Source: Histomonas meleagridis 2922-C6/04-290x
Lineage: Eukaryota; Protista; Parabasalia
Assembly (NCBI GenBank): GCA_020184695.1
Contig: JAANOX010000205.1
Location: forward strand, 868,001 to 932,000
Reading direction: 5' to 3'
DNA: 64,000 nt
The notes under the pieces are model-generated. The model searched no databases and was not told the origin of the DNA. It worked only from the letters and a program-made list of their open reading frames with translations. Position numbers and translations under genes: made by a program. This document shows positions 1-10,145 of this stretch, in pieces; the first letter of the stretch is position 1, and every line of letters starts with the position of its first letter.

Positions 1-327
1 AACTGATCAATTTCAGATGGCATTTCATCATTGAAAAAAAAGAAATTTCAGCCAAAAGTAAATTTGTAAAAAAGTGAAAAAATATTTTCCAAACGTCATG
101 TGCGATCATATTAAATTCAAAAAGTTAATGATGTAATCAAAATTAGAAGCTTCTAACATCTACGATTCATTACCAAAAACAAATGTTTAGTTTTCTATTT
201 TCATATCAAAAGCATTTGTGTAGAAAACTTTGAAATTTCATTTATCATTTGAACAAAATTAATTTTCAAGTTTTTTTACTTATATTAAAATAAAGAATTC
301 ATGACATCGGAACGTTCTTAATGTGTA

Positions 328-1491
328 TCAGGATGTGAGTAATCTTTTTTTTGGTATCATTTCTTCAAAATAAGTTTGATTAAGATAATCATTAAGTTCG
401 ATTTCATTTGCGAAATATTTAAGTTGCTGTGCATATAGCTTTCGAATTTCATTGCTCATTTCATGGTTGTAAAAGAATCTTAAAAATCTTTTTTTGTTAC
501 CAAAACATTGAGCAAATTGATGAAATGATTGTACAAATGTAGGAACATTCCGAAGCATTTTAGCGCATTTATAAAGAAGTCGATGCTCGCTTGGGTCAAC
601 CAAAGGCGCAATCTCGACAAGCACTTTTGCGGCGGTTTCAGGGAAATTTTTAATAGCTTCTGTGAAAGCTGAGAAAAACTGCCCAAATTCAGAGAAACTC
701 ACCATTTGAGAGAAGCAAGAAAGTGCACTTACTGTTGTTTTAGGATCATGTAAAAGTCCTATATATGTGTCTGTCATATGTGGTGTGATATAGCCAAAAA
801 CTGAAGCAGCTGCATTGCGAACTAGATCTGATTCATCATGTGCACCTGCATTTAAAATTGGTTCAATGATATGATCTCGAAATGTACATGTCACAAGTGA
901 ATTAATTACTTTGACACGAACTAGTGGATCGGAATCAGAAGCTAATGTTTGAAATTGGTTAATAATCCGATAGTTTTTACGTACAAGTGTAATGATTGCA
1001 ACTGATAGAACTCTTAGTTTGACGACTTCTGATGTTGAGTATTTGAATATCGCTTCAACTAAGATATCATCACGAAAACGTGAAGAGATTGAAGAAACTG
1101 AGTCACAATAGAGATCTAAGAACTTTTCTTCTTCTCCATCTGAAGAATTTAAGTATGTGGTTATTATTGAATCTAAAATTTCGTTCTTAATTTGGTCTAA
1201 CATTTCTTCTCCTAAATTATCAATAATAATTTTGATAAGATCAGGGATCCCATTAAGGGATTCAAGCTCATGATTTAAAATTGATTTTTTCATATTAGGA
1301 ATCAAAACAGTCGACACCATGTTATCCTGAATAAATTTCTCTGCAGAAATATCTTGATGAAGAAATGGCAAACATAAGCTCGAAAGTGTGGACGTAGGGT
1401 CGCTCATCTGTGAAATTAAGAAAGCAGGAGAGGGAGAAAAGTTGGGGCTCACGGAATCCATTTCAATGTCCAATTTACACACAAAAATCAT
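328..1491 (-). CDS. HEAT-repeat protein (PP2A-A/PP4R1-like scaffold)
   Basis: 387 aa ATG-initiated ORF with HEAT signatures LASDSDPLVRVKVINSL and GAHDESDLVRNAAASVF. Confidence 0.6.
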   Translation of the reverse strand: MIFVCKLDIEMDSVSPNFSPSPAFLISQMSDPTSTLSSLCLPFLHQDISAEKFIQDNMVSTVLIPNMKKSILNHELESLNGIPDLIKIIIDNLGEEMLDQIKNEILDSIITTYLNSSDGEEEKFLDLYCDSVSSISSRFRDDILVEAIFKYSTSEVVKLRVLSVAIITLVRKNYRIINQFQTLASDSDPLVRVKVINSLVTCTFRDHIIEPILNAGAHDESDLVRNAAASVFGYITPHMTDTYIGLLHDPKTTVSALSCFSQMVSFSEFGQFFSAFTEAIKNFPETAAKVLVEIAPLVDPSEHRLLYKCAKMLRNVPTFVQSFHQFAQCFGNKKRFLRFFYNHEMSNEIRKLYAQQLKYFANEIELNDYLNQTYFEEMIPKKRLLTS

Positions 1492-1883
1492 TTTTCATTC
1501 AAAATTCTGTGGCCATAACCATTTTAAAAACTAGAAATATTCTTGTAAAACCGAATCAAAACATATTTCTTTTTGGTGTTTAGATTTTATATATCATTTG
1601 AAATATTACTTGAAAAAATTTCATGGGAATACGCTGTATTTAATTGATTACGACGAAAATAATTTTCCGGTATGGCTGACGTTCCTTTATCCTTTGAAAA
1701 TTTCAATGATGACATTTTTGCTATGAATGTAAAGCAACTCAAAATTTCGTTATCGTATGGTCGCAGAGAACCTTTTGAATTTTTGAATGACGAATGAAAT
1801 TTTGGACAGAATCGAAAATTTGGCAAAATGACATTTAATCCAAAGAAATTCAAGAAAACAACAATTTTTACAAAAAGAGATGG

Positions 1884-2795
1884 CTACAATTTTTCCTCGG
1901 CTGAATTTTGATCTGCCTTGTCACTCGCATCAACGCTCTCAATGATAGCTTTGATTTCATCTGTATCATTCATATCTGAAAGTTCGCCTATATCATGTGC
2001 ACTGTTTTCATCTAAGGCATCATCAATGGTTGGCGTATCTCCAGAATATCTTTGCTGGCCATCATCATTATTCCTTTTTGGAAATATAAGAAATGGTCGA
2101 TACACATAGTTTCTTGCGCTTTCAGCTGTGACAAGTCCGAGCCTACTGAAGTTGCAACAACAAAAAATTTTTTCAATTTTTGTAAAACTTGATAATGATG
2201 GAATCAATATCTTCAAAATTCCAAAACGATACAAGTACCCAACAGCAATACCAGATATGTTTCTATACAATGCCATGTTAGGAAAAAGAATCGAAATAAT
2301 TAAGAATATTACCCATGGATATAATAATGAAGGCATCAAAAATAAGCCAAAAAAAGATTTTTCGTTTCCAGGTCGTGGCGCATCGATAATGATTAGCGCG
2401 ATAAGTACTCCTGAAAAACCAATTGAATTTGATTGATATTCAGAAGATAATTCAAAAACATTTGAAGCAACTGCAGCTAAGGTATGAAATACGCTTGTAA
2501 AAAGTGCAAATATGATAATATGATAATAAAATGAAATTGTTCCTAATGATGATTCTAATGAGATTCCCGTTGCAATTAGTGTGACCATATTTACAACTAG
2601 CTGTAAAATATCTGTGTGTATGAATACTGATGTTATTAGTCTCCATAATTCACCATCCATTATTTTTTCTGGACATAGTGTTAATTTTGTTTTTATTTTG
2701 GAATCTAGGAAAGAGCGATTCATAAAGAAGATAAGAATTATTATGAAAACTACTGATTTTGTTCCGAAATGGATGGAACCCAGTAATTGAACCAT
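1884..2795 (-). CDS. Rhomboid-superfamily membrane protein (RHBDD1-like), probably catalytically impaired
   Basis: ELWRL (WR motif), GFSG catalytic-Ser motif, several TM helices, acidic tail. The TM6 His position is Asn (LYRNISGIAVGY). The ORF track starts at TTG 2831; the first ATG is at 2795. Confidence 0.8.
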   Translation of the reverse strand: MVQLLGSIHFGTKSVVFIIILIFFMNRSFLDSKIKTKLTLCPEKIMDGELWRLITSVFIHTDILQLVVNMVTLIATGISLESSLGTISFYYHIIIFALFTSVFHTLAAVASNVFELSSEYQSNSIGFSGVLIALIIIDAPRPGNEKSFFGLFLMPSLLYPWVIFLIISILFPNMALYRNISGIAVGYLYRFGILKILIPSLSSFTKIEKIFCCCNFSRLGLVTAESARNYVYRPFLIFPKRNNDDGQQRYSGDTPTIDDALDENSAHDIGELSDMNDTDEIKAIIESVDASDKADQNSAEEKL

Positions 2796-3371
2796 GTATG
2801 CTTTTTTCACATAACATGTCGTTGATCCCAAAATCTCACCAACAAAAAATTAAAATTTTTCATTTTCTGCAAATTTTCAAACTATTAGGCCTAATCGCTT
2901 GAACAAGACGGTATGAAGCAGAGGTTACTTCACGGTATTTGGATTAAAGGAATGATCTTGATAATGTATCATTAATTTAAGCTCAAATCCATCAACTTAC
3001 ACAACAAAGATCTTCACGATTTCCTAACGCTATCTGTGTTACTGAAATAACACGTGTGATAAGCATCATTGATGTTGATCAAAGTTAATCAAGTTATAGG
3101 GTTAACAATAATCATTAATTACATGTGTTTTAATATATTTCATATGCTTATGATTATATAAAATATTTAAATTACTTTGTTGTTGATGAAATAATAAAAA
3201 ATCAATTCAATCTGTTAAATTATCATTTGCTTTGTTATTTTTTAAAGAATAGATTTGATATTCAAATTTTCTTTTCTCGTCGTATCAAGTTTTTTTAAGT
3301 TTTTGAATAGTTTTTTTTATGTTATTAAAATTATCAAGCAAAAACAAATATTTTCAAGATTTCTTTATAGT

Positions 3372-3686
3372 TCAATAATGTTTATTTTGCTTTCTACACA
3401 TTATCGATTTAAATGATGTAACCCAACAATTTAAAGTCTTATAATCATTATGAAAATTATCTTGAACCCATAATTTGGAGTTAATGAAGAATTCTTCACG
3501 TGGAATACCTGATTCTTTGATAGCTTCTCCAACTGATTCTTCATTTTTATATGCTGCTGCTGTATCAATTAATCTATAATCAGCTTTGATCACTTCGAGA
3601 ACAGCTTCCTTAAATCCATTGAGATCTGCAACCTGGAAAACGCCGAAATTAAGTAAATGAATCTCAACTCCATTGTTCAACTTCAA
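3372..3686 (-). pseudogene. Truncated aldo-keto reductase (2,5-DKG reductase/AKR5-like), N-terminal third only
   Basis: [54 protein letters not shown] is the AKR N-terminus. There is no ATG (TTG start) and similarity ends after about 80 aa. Confidence 0.8.
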
Positions 3687-3854
3687 AAATAAGTTAATTT
3701 AAAATCCTTTTCTGAATTAATTTGTTAATTCTTTAATATTAAATATAATAATATTAATAAATATTTTTTAGTTATACTAAATTTGGAAATAATAAAAACA
3801 ATTTTTGTTTACTAAAAACATTTTTTAATCTATAAAATTATTTTGGAACATATT

Positions 3855-5603
3855 TCATTTCAGCATTACGCAGAACTTATCAACGTTTCTTTTTTCCTTT
3901 AAATCGAACTCTATCACCAAACCATAATCCGTAAAATCTATTTTAAACTTTTGCAGTGGCAATTCGTCACCATTAAATTCCGAGTTCTCATCGATGAAAT
4001 TCAAATTCTTTAACACTTTAAACACTTCTTCTTTCGACACGTTCACATTCAATCTTCTTTTCACGTGTATTCTACTAAAAGCAGCGCCGTGTTCATCGGC
4101 TGCCTTTTTTAAGCTTTGTATGTTAATTCCCGAATTATTTTCTTGTGCTATAGCACCAGAGAACTTCGAAGGCACTCCGTCGACATTCACAATACAATCT
4201 TTATCGACTGCGACTTTGGTCATTTTCATTTCGGGATAATTTTTCGGCTCTTTATTCTTTGCGACGTGCGTAGGAATTTTTAATTCTTTCTTAATCTTAT
4301 TCGCGAGTTCATTAACCGAATTATTATCGCCATGAATAGTAATAACATTATGAGGCTTTAACCTTTCGATCATCGAAGTAATTTCGAATTGATCAGCATG
4401 TGCAGAAAATGATACGCTTGTAACTTGACATTGTATTATAATGTCAATGTCTTTATTATCTTTATTGTTAAGAAATTTAACTCGATTATCATTACCGCGA
4501 TCAAGTATAGCTCGACCTAATGTACCTTCTCCACAATAACCAGTGAAGATTAACATGTTCTTTTTATCTTTATACCAGTGATGATTGATTAACAAGTCAT
4601 ATGCTTTGCCCGCATTTAACATTCCACTTGTCGCAACCATTACACATGGCCCTTCTAATGGTATTGTGTCATCATATTTAATGACATTAGAATATGCTAA
4701 TGTCGGCTTCCCATAATCAAAATATCCAGATTGGATGGTAGGATTCATCCAAGTGACTGAACGGCGATATACTTCGGTCGCTTTGGCACCGATGCCGGAT
4801 GCAAAGTATATCGGAATCTTGCACTCAATGCGCTCCCAATAGTCATTAAGCATGAGACAGACTTCTTGAAGCCTTCCGATCGCAAAGACGGGAATTAACA
4901 CTTTGCCGCCGCTAAGAACACATTTGTGGACTAATTGGACAAAGTTTCGCTCTCGATTATACATTGGTTCTCGCGTCTTATTTCCATACGTTGACTCGGT
5001 AATTAAAACATCGGGAAATAATCGTGGTATCATATGACCGGGTAAGTGATGGTCTGCTGCGGAACTAAAATCACCTGTGTATAAGAAGCTACGGCCTTGA
5101 ATTGTAACATGAAATGCACATGCTCCTAAAATATGGCCGGCTGGATATGCAACAAAATTGATCCCATTGACATTGACATGTTGATAGAATTCAATGTAAT
5201 TGATTTTGCTTACACATTTATCAATTTGACTTTGATTATATGGTGGATCGTCTGTAACATTTAAAAAGTCACGCAACATAATGGGTGCAAGCATATATGA
5301 CGCTGTGGTCATGAAAATTGGTGCTTTACATTTCTTAATCTCAGTAAGCCATGGAAGTGAACCAAGATGATCTGTATGAATATGTGAAATTAAAACTAAG
5401 TCAACGTCAGGTTGAGAGTTGGGTAACATGGGGAAACGTTTTGATGGATTTTTGGTTCCAATGTTAACACCACTATCTAGAAGAATTCGTTTACCAGAAA
5501 TTTCCACAAGAATACAACTCCTACCAACTTCAGAACCTGCTCCATAACAAGTTACACACATGCTAGTTATAGGCTTCCTGTTAACACGGGATGCCTGCTT
5601 CAT
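3855..5603 (-). CDS. INTS11: beta-CASP metallo-beta-lactamase nuclease, Integrator subunit 11 / CPSF73-II type
   Basis: GAGSEVGRSC, SHIHTDH, AGH, TGDFS, ITESTYG, GGKVLIPVFAIGRLQE and SAHAD motifs. YWERIECKIPIYF matches the INTS11 rather than the CPSF73 pattern. Confidence 0.8.
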   Translation of the reverse strand: MKQASRVNRKPITSMCVTCYGAGSEVGRSCILVEISGKRILLDSGVNIGTKNPSKRFPMLPNSQPDVDLVLISHIHTDHLGSLPWLTEIKKCKAPIFMTTASYMLAPIMLRDFLNVTDDPPYNQSQIDKCVSKINYIEFYQHVNVNGINFVAYPAGHILGACAFHVTIQGRSFLYTGDFSSAADHHLPGHMIPRLFPDVLITESTYGNKTREPMYNRERNFVQLVHKCVLSGGKVLIPVFAIGRLQEVCLMLNDYWERIECKIPIYFASGIGAKATEVYRRSVTWMNPTIQSGYFDYGKPTLAYSNVIKYDDTIPLEGPCVMVATSGMLNAGKAYDLLINHHWYKDKKNMLIFTGYCGEGTLGRAILDRGNDNRVKFLNNKDNKDIDIIIQCQVTSVSFSAHADQFEITSMIERLKPHNVITIHGDNNSVNELANKIKKELKIPTHVAKNKEPKNYPEMKMTKVAVDKDCIVNVDGVPSKFSGAIAQENNSGINIQSLKKAADEHGAAFSRIHVKRRLNVNVSKEEVFKVLKNLNFIDENSEFNGDELPLQKFKIDFTDYGLVIEFDLKEKRNVDKFCVMLK

Positions 5604-5796
5604 TAGGAGAAATGTGATATGAAATCATACATGCAAAAATAAGTTTTTTATCAAGATCCAACATATGCAAGTGAAACTTCAGTCATAATTATGGCATATC
5701 TCTTTTACGTTCAATTTCTTTTTAGTTTTCCTTGGTAAAACCAAAATTAAATATCAATAGGTAAAATGTTTTAGAATTATATTAGTTTATTATTTT

Positions 5797-6402
5797 CTAT
5801 TTTTCATATGATCCAAGTACATTCCTTACGTCTTTTTCTTTATTACATAGATTTAAAATTGGCATAATAACATTCATAAGTTCAGTATCAAAGCAATCAC
5901 CTATCCACGATGTAATTTGGATACCATTTGATGGCTGTAACATAAACGATTCTGGGCTATTATCAACTAAAATGATGTTATTTAAATCTGTTGAAAAAAT
6001 TGCCAAATCTTTTACAACTATTCCATTAATAATCTTACAATGTTGACGCGTTAATACCCTTGATAAAGGAAATCCAGGGATTAATTTTTCTATTACCGGA
6101 ATCGCGTATTCCATTATTGAAGCAGTAAAAATGAAAACTTCAAATGCAAACAAAACGTTACTGAAAAAATGATCAAATCCAGGCCTTTTTTGTACGTAAA
6201 CAGGAACAATATGTTCTCCAAAAGAAAGATCAATTGCAAAATCAAAATAAATTGGCTGTGTGAATGAGGAATGAATTAAAGTTTCATCTAAATCTAAAAC
6301 TAATGTTTTTTTATTTGTATTTGTTGGAATATATTTTTCTATATCGTAATTATGTTCAGAGTTTTCTTGTGTTTTACATAAATCTTCATTAGGTATTTCC
6401 AT
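5797..6402 (-). CDS. NIF/SCP-family (CTD small phosphatase-like) HAD phosphatase
   Basis: KKTLVLDLDETLIHSS (DxDxT), VYVQKRPG, FTAS, KDL, IILVDNSP. There may be a short upstream exon (see findings). Confidence 0.9.
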   Translation of the reverse strand: MEIPNEDLCKTQENSEHNYDIEKYIPTNTNKKTLVLDLDETLIHSSFTQPIYFDFAIDLSFGEHIVPVYVQKRPGFDHFFSNVLFAFEVFIFTASIMEYAIPVIEKLIPGFPLSRVLTRQHCKIINGIVVKDLAIFSTDLNNIILVDNSPESFMLQPSNGIQITSWIGDCFDTELMNVIMPILNLCNKEKDVRNVLGSYEK

Positions 6403-6974
6403 CTGGTGTTAGACAAGAAAAAATAAAATGTAAACAACGATAGAATCAAACTCAATCATATACTTTTCCTATAATCCCATCTAATTTTCCATTATTAGAT
6501 TTAAATCAAAGATTAAATCAGGGTTTTACTTAGAATAATATTCAATCATCAAGTGTATCTTAAGGTAGATCGAAATGAAAAAGGGGTGGTCCAATTACGT
6601 TTATTAATTATAATTGCCGTTTATTAATTCGTGGAAAATCAAAAAACATTTTGTTTTTCTTATAAAATAGTTTTGAGCAGATGGAAGTCGAAAATTATTA
6701 ACACATTCTTTATGCGCACTGTGTGTTTTGAGTATAATGAAATTTGTTGAAGTTTTTATATAACTTAAATATATCCCTTCAGCATTACAAAAATATCCAT
6801 GCTAATTCTCATTGATTATGCTCTACATTTGATCTTACTTATCTTAGTTTTGTTATAATTCTTAGATACATGTTTTAAAAGACTTTTAGTCTATGAAAAA
6901 TTCAAAGAATATTTTCGAACTTTTTACAAAAAAACTTCAGAGATGGATAATCTATCAAAAGTTGTGAATCAAAA

Positions 6975-7607
6975 ATGAAAATAGTTTATATTATAAATAT
7001 GTTTGGCGATTCCTTTGATGAAGAATGGGATTATCTTATTGAAACCAACATTACAAACACCAAAAAAGATGAAATCATTTCAGCATCACCAATGAATGTT
7101 CATTCATTTGATAATGCGTTTGATAACATGAACTTAATCTTAGATCTGCAAACGATAGGATTCATTCCATCTGAAGAATGGAAAGGTAAACAAATGACAT
7201 TTCATCATATAGTAATTAATTTCTTTCGAAAGAAAAATAGCTCTAAATGCTTATTTATTTATAAGCTATATAATGCATTAAAATTAACCGAAGCATTTCC
7301 AGAGTTTGCTTATATATGTGGTGTATCATGGTGGAATAATTCATTAATTAGAGTTTATCCAACAATATTTGCTAAGCTTTTAGGAATAAAAGCAATTGAT
7401 GGATCATTATTCCATAAACAAGGAAACTTTACTACACATGGATTTACTGAAGTAGAACCTGCACTTGTAAGGAAAATGATACCTTCATTTGATTTTACCA
7501 CTGAAAGAATGTTGATGCACACAAAGAAGATATTCGTTCAAGGGTGTTCCGAAAAGGATTTATTGAAATGCAAATGGAGAAGCAATAATAAAGAAATAGT
7601 AAATTGA
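6975..7607 (+). CDS. Initiator-binding domain (IBD, IBP39-like) protein
   Basis: F.YKLYNALK...GVSW...FAKLLGIKAIDGSLFHKQGNFTTHGF is characteristic of the trichomonad IBD family. Confidence 0.8.
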   Translation: MKIVYIINMFGDSFDEEWDYLIETNITNTKKDEIISASPMNVHSFDNAFDNMNLILDLQTIGFIPSEEWKGKQMTFHHIVINFFRKKNSSKCLFIYKLYNALKLTEAFPEFAYICGVSWWNNSLIRVYPTIFAKLLGIKAIDGSLFHKQGNFTTHGFTEVEPALVRKMIPSFDFTTERMLMHTKKIFVQGCSEKDLLKCKWRSNNKEIVN

Positions 7608-8672
7608 TTAACACCATAAATTTGTTTATTTCATCATATTTTTGAAATATATGATTATGATTAATGTGCTGTCTTGAGAAAGCTTGGAATAGATTCTTAA
7701 AATAGGATATTGTTATTTCTACAAAAAAAATGAATATTAACAATATCTATTTGTGCTTGAACAATTTAATGATTTACTCTATAATATAAAAGTCATAAAA
7801 AACTAGAACTAACATTAATTAACATATAACTATGAAATAATCAAATTTTAATACTAGATCACCTTTTAAATCAACAAGGTAATATTGAGATTTTGATTTA
7901 TTTTTGTAAAAATAAGAGAAGAAGAATTATAATAATTTTCAAACAAATTAAACACCATGACATAAGATATTCTTAATTTTTTTTTGATCAACATAATAAG
8001 CTAAAAAAAATTAAATCCAATTTTATCACTTTTAGCTAACAGTAATATTTTCCCTTAGTTTTGTTGGCTTTATATTTCTAAGTATTAAGAATATTATTCA
8101 TCATTTGAATTCAATATTGAATCAACATTTACTGAAGTTAATCAAAAAGAAAGCTACTTGTAGAAATATACAAGGCATTGCTTAACGGAAGTAAACTATT
8201 AGCAAAATACCGAAACACCAATGGAAATGTAATACCAAGAATTTTTTTTCACTTGAACAGGTGAAACATTCCCTTTTTGAGTAATTTACTTTATTCTATT
8301 ATGATAAAACATTGAAACTTTTCAATATAAAGTAGGCGTTTTAGATAAGTTTAATTGAGGGAAAACTACCCATAACCGGAAGGTTTGTCGGTGATAAAAA
8401 TCGGTTTATATCAAATTTTGGGAGAAGAATGGTCGGATCTGCGATCAGAAAAGAAATAGTTTTGTATTTTCATGGCATTGAGATTGTAACTTAAACATTC
8501 ACATCTAAATAAATATGTAACAAAATATTTTATGAAATTTTCATTAATATTTTTTCTAGTATATTTAAAATTAATCAAAATATTTTAGTATTTTCCATAA
8601 ATAAAAAATTGAAAGGATTTCTGGAGGATGTAAAATCACGTTCATGTGACCTGATCATTATCAAATTACAAA

Positions 8673-9902
8673 ATGAATCTATTCTCGTCTATATGCGAGT
8701 TCCTTTACAGGGTTTATTGTCGTATGTATCAATTTGTCTTGTTTGCAGCGGAACATGTATTAAATTGGAAACCTCCAAAAACAATTGAAGGTCCAAATTC
8801 ATTACTTCAAGTTCCAAAAATTCTCAAAGAAAAAGGGCTCAAGAAACCATTAATAGTCACAGACAAATTCTTAACCAAGCTTGGCATGTGCAATAAGTTA
8901 ATTGAAAAACTCAAAGAAGAAAAACTTGATTATGCATATTTTGATGATGTCCAACCAAACCCAATTATCAAAAACATTGAAGATGCAAAAGATGTATATC
9001 TTAAGGAAAAATGTGATTCGTTTATTGCTGTTGGCGGAGGTTCATCCATGGATTGTGCCAAACTTGCGGCATGCAGAATTGCGCGACCTCGTACTCCAAT
9101 CAAAAGGATGTTAGGTGTACTTGGGGTGTTAACTCGTTTACCACCAATCATTGCTGTTCCCACAACAGCAGGCACTGGATCGGAGACCACAATTGCTGCA
9201 GTTGTTGCTGATCCAGAGAAAAAAACGAAAGGCTCCGTCATCGATCCTAATCTTCGTCCTCCATATGCGGTTCTTGATCCGTGCTTAACATTAACACTTC
9301 CAAAGAATGTCACAGCAGCAACTGGAATGGATGCATTCACACATGCTATTGAAGCTTACATCGGAAGAGGCAATATGGGCAACACAATGAAATACGCAGA
9401 AGAAGCAGTTTACTTAATATCAAAGAATCTCGAAAAATGTTATAACGATGGAAATGACATAGATGCAAGAATGAACATGTTACGAGCATCATTTAAAGCA
9501 GGTTTAGCATTCACGCAAGCATATGTCGGATATGTACATGCGATTGCTCATACGCTTGGTGGTATATATAATGTCGCTCATGGCTTGGCTAATGCTGTAA
9601 TTTTACCATACGTTTTGGAATATTATGGTGAAAGTGCACACCAAAGATTGGCTAAACTCGCTGACATCGCTGGTGTTAAAGCTAAAGGAAACAGTAACGA
9701 AGAGAAAGCAAATGCTTTCATTGATTATATTAGAGATTTAAACAAGAGAATGGGAATACCAAAGAAATTTGATTTCATTAAGAAAGAAGATGTTTCACTG
9801 ATTGCAAAAAGATCTTTGGAGGAAGGTAACCCTCTTTACCCTGTTCCAAAGATAATGAATAGAGAAGAATGTGAGTCAATTGTTAAAAATCTTATTGCTT
9901 AA
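8673..9902 (+). CDS. Iron-containing alcohol dehydrogenase (bacterial type)
   Basis: DVQPNP, GGGSSMDCAK, VPTTAGTGSE, GMDAFTHAIEAY, HAIAHTLGG and HGLANA motifs. Confidence 0.95.
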   Translation: MNLFSSICEFLYRVYCRMYQFVLFAAEHVLNWKPPKTIEGPNSLLQVPKILKEKGLKKPLIVTDKFLTKLGMCNKLIEKLKEEKLDYAYFDDVQPNPIIKNIEDAKDVYLKEKCDSFIAVGGGSSMDCAKLAACRIARPRTPIKRMLGVLGVLTRLPPIIAVPTTAGTGSETTIAAVVADPEKKTKGSVIDPNLRPPYAVLDPCLTLTLPKNVTAATGMDAFTHAIEAYIGRGNMGNTMKYAEEAVYLISKNLEKCYNDGNDIDARMNMLRASFKAGLAFTQAYVGYVHAIAHTLGGIYNVAHGLANAVILPYVLEYYGESAHQRLAKLADIAGVKAKGNSNEEKANAFIDYIRDLNKRMGIPKKFDFIKKEDVSLIAKRSLEEGNPLYPVPKIMNREECESIVKNLIA

Positions 9903-10145
9903 TAAATACTATCTCTCTTTTTTGTTTGAAAACATTTTGAGCGAACAAACTAAATTAAATATTTGATGAATAATAATAAATTTCTTGCATTTCTATCTGA
10001 ATATTTTGATCGCATTCTGAAAAAGTGTAATTTTTCATAGTTTTGTAAGTTGGCCCCACAGTATCAATAACCGTCGGAGATAATTTTTCAGATGTTTATC
10101 TGAATTTTTCTATTCATACAAATCTTGTTTCACAAAATTTTTTAA

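Noticed and set aside
1587-1853. 88-codon minus-strand ORF
   Set aside because: Non-ATG start, no motif, intergenic composition; cannot be supported
2881-3100. Slightly GC-richer patch upstream of the rhomboid gene
   Set aside because: Short open frames without motif or structure; could be promoter or relic, not distinguishable
8150-8500. Possible gene remnant upstream of the ADH
   Set aside because: Only two ~30-45-codon open stretches with no recognisable family
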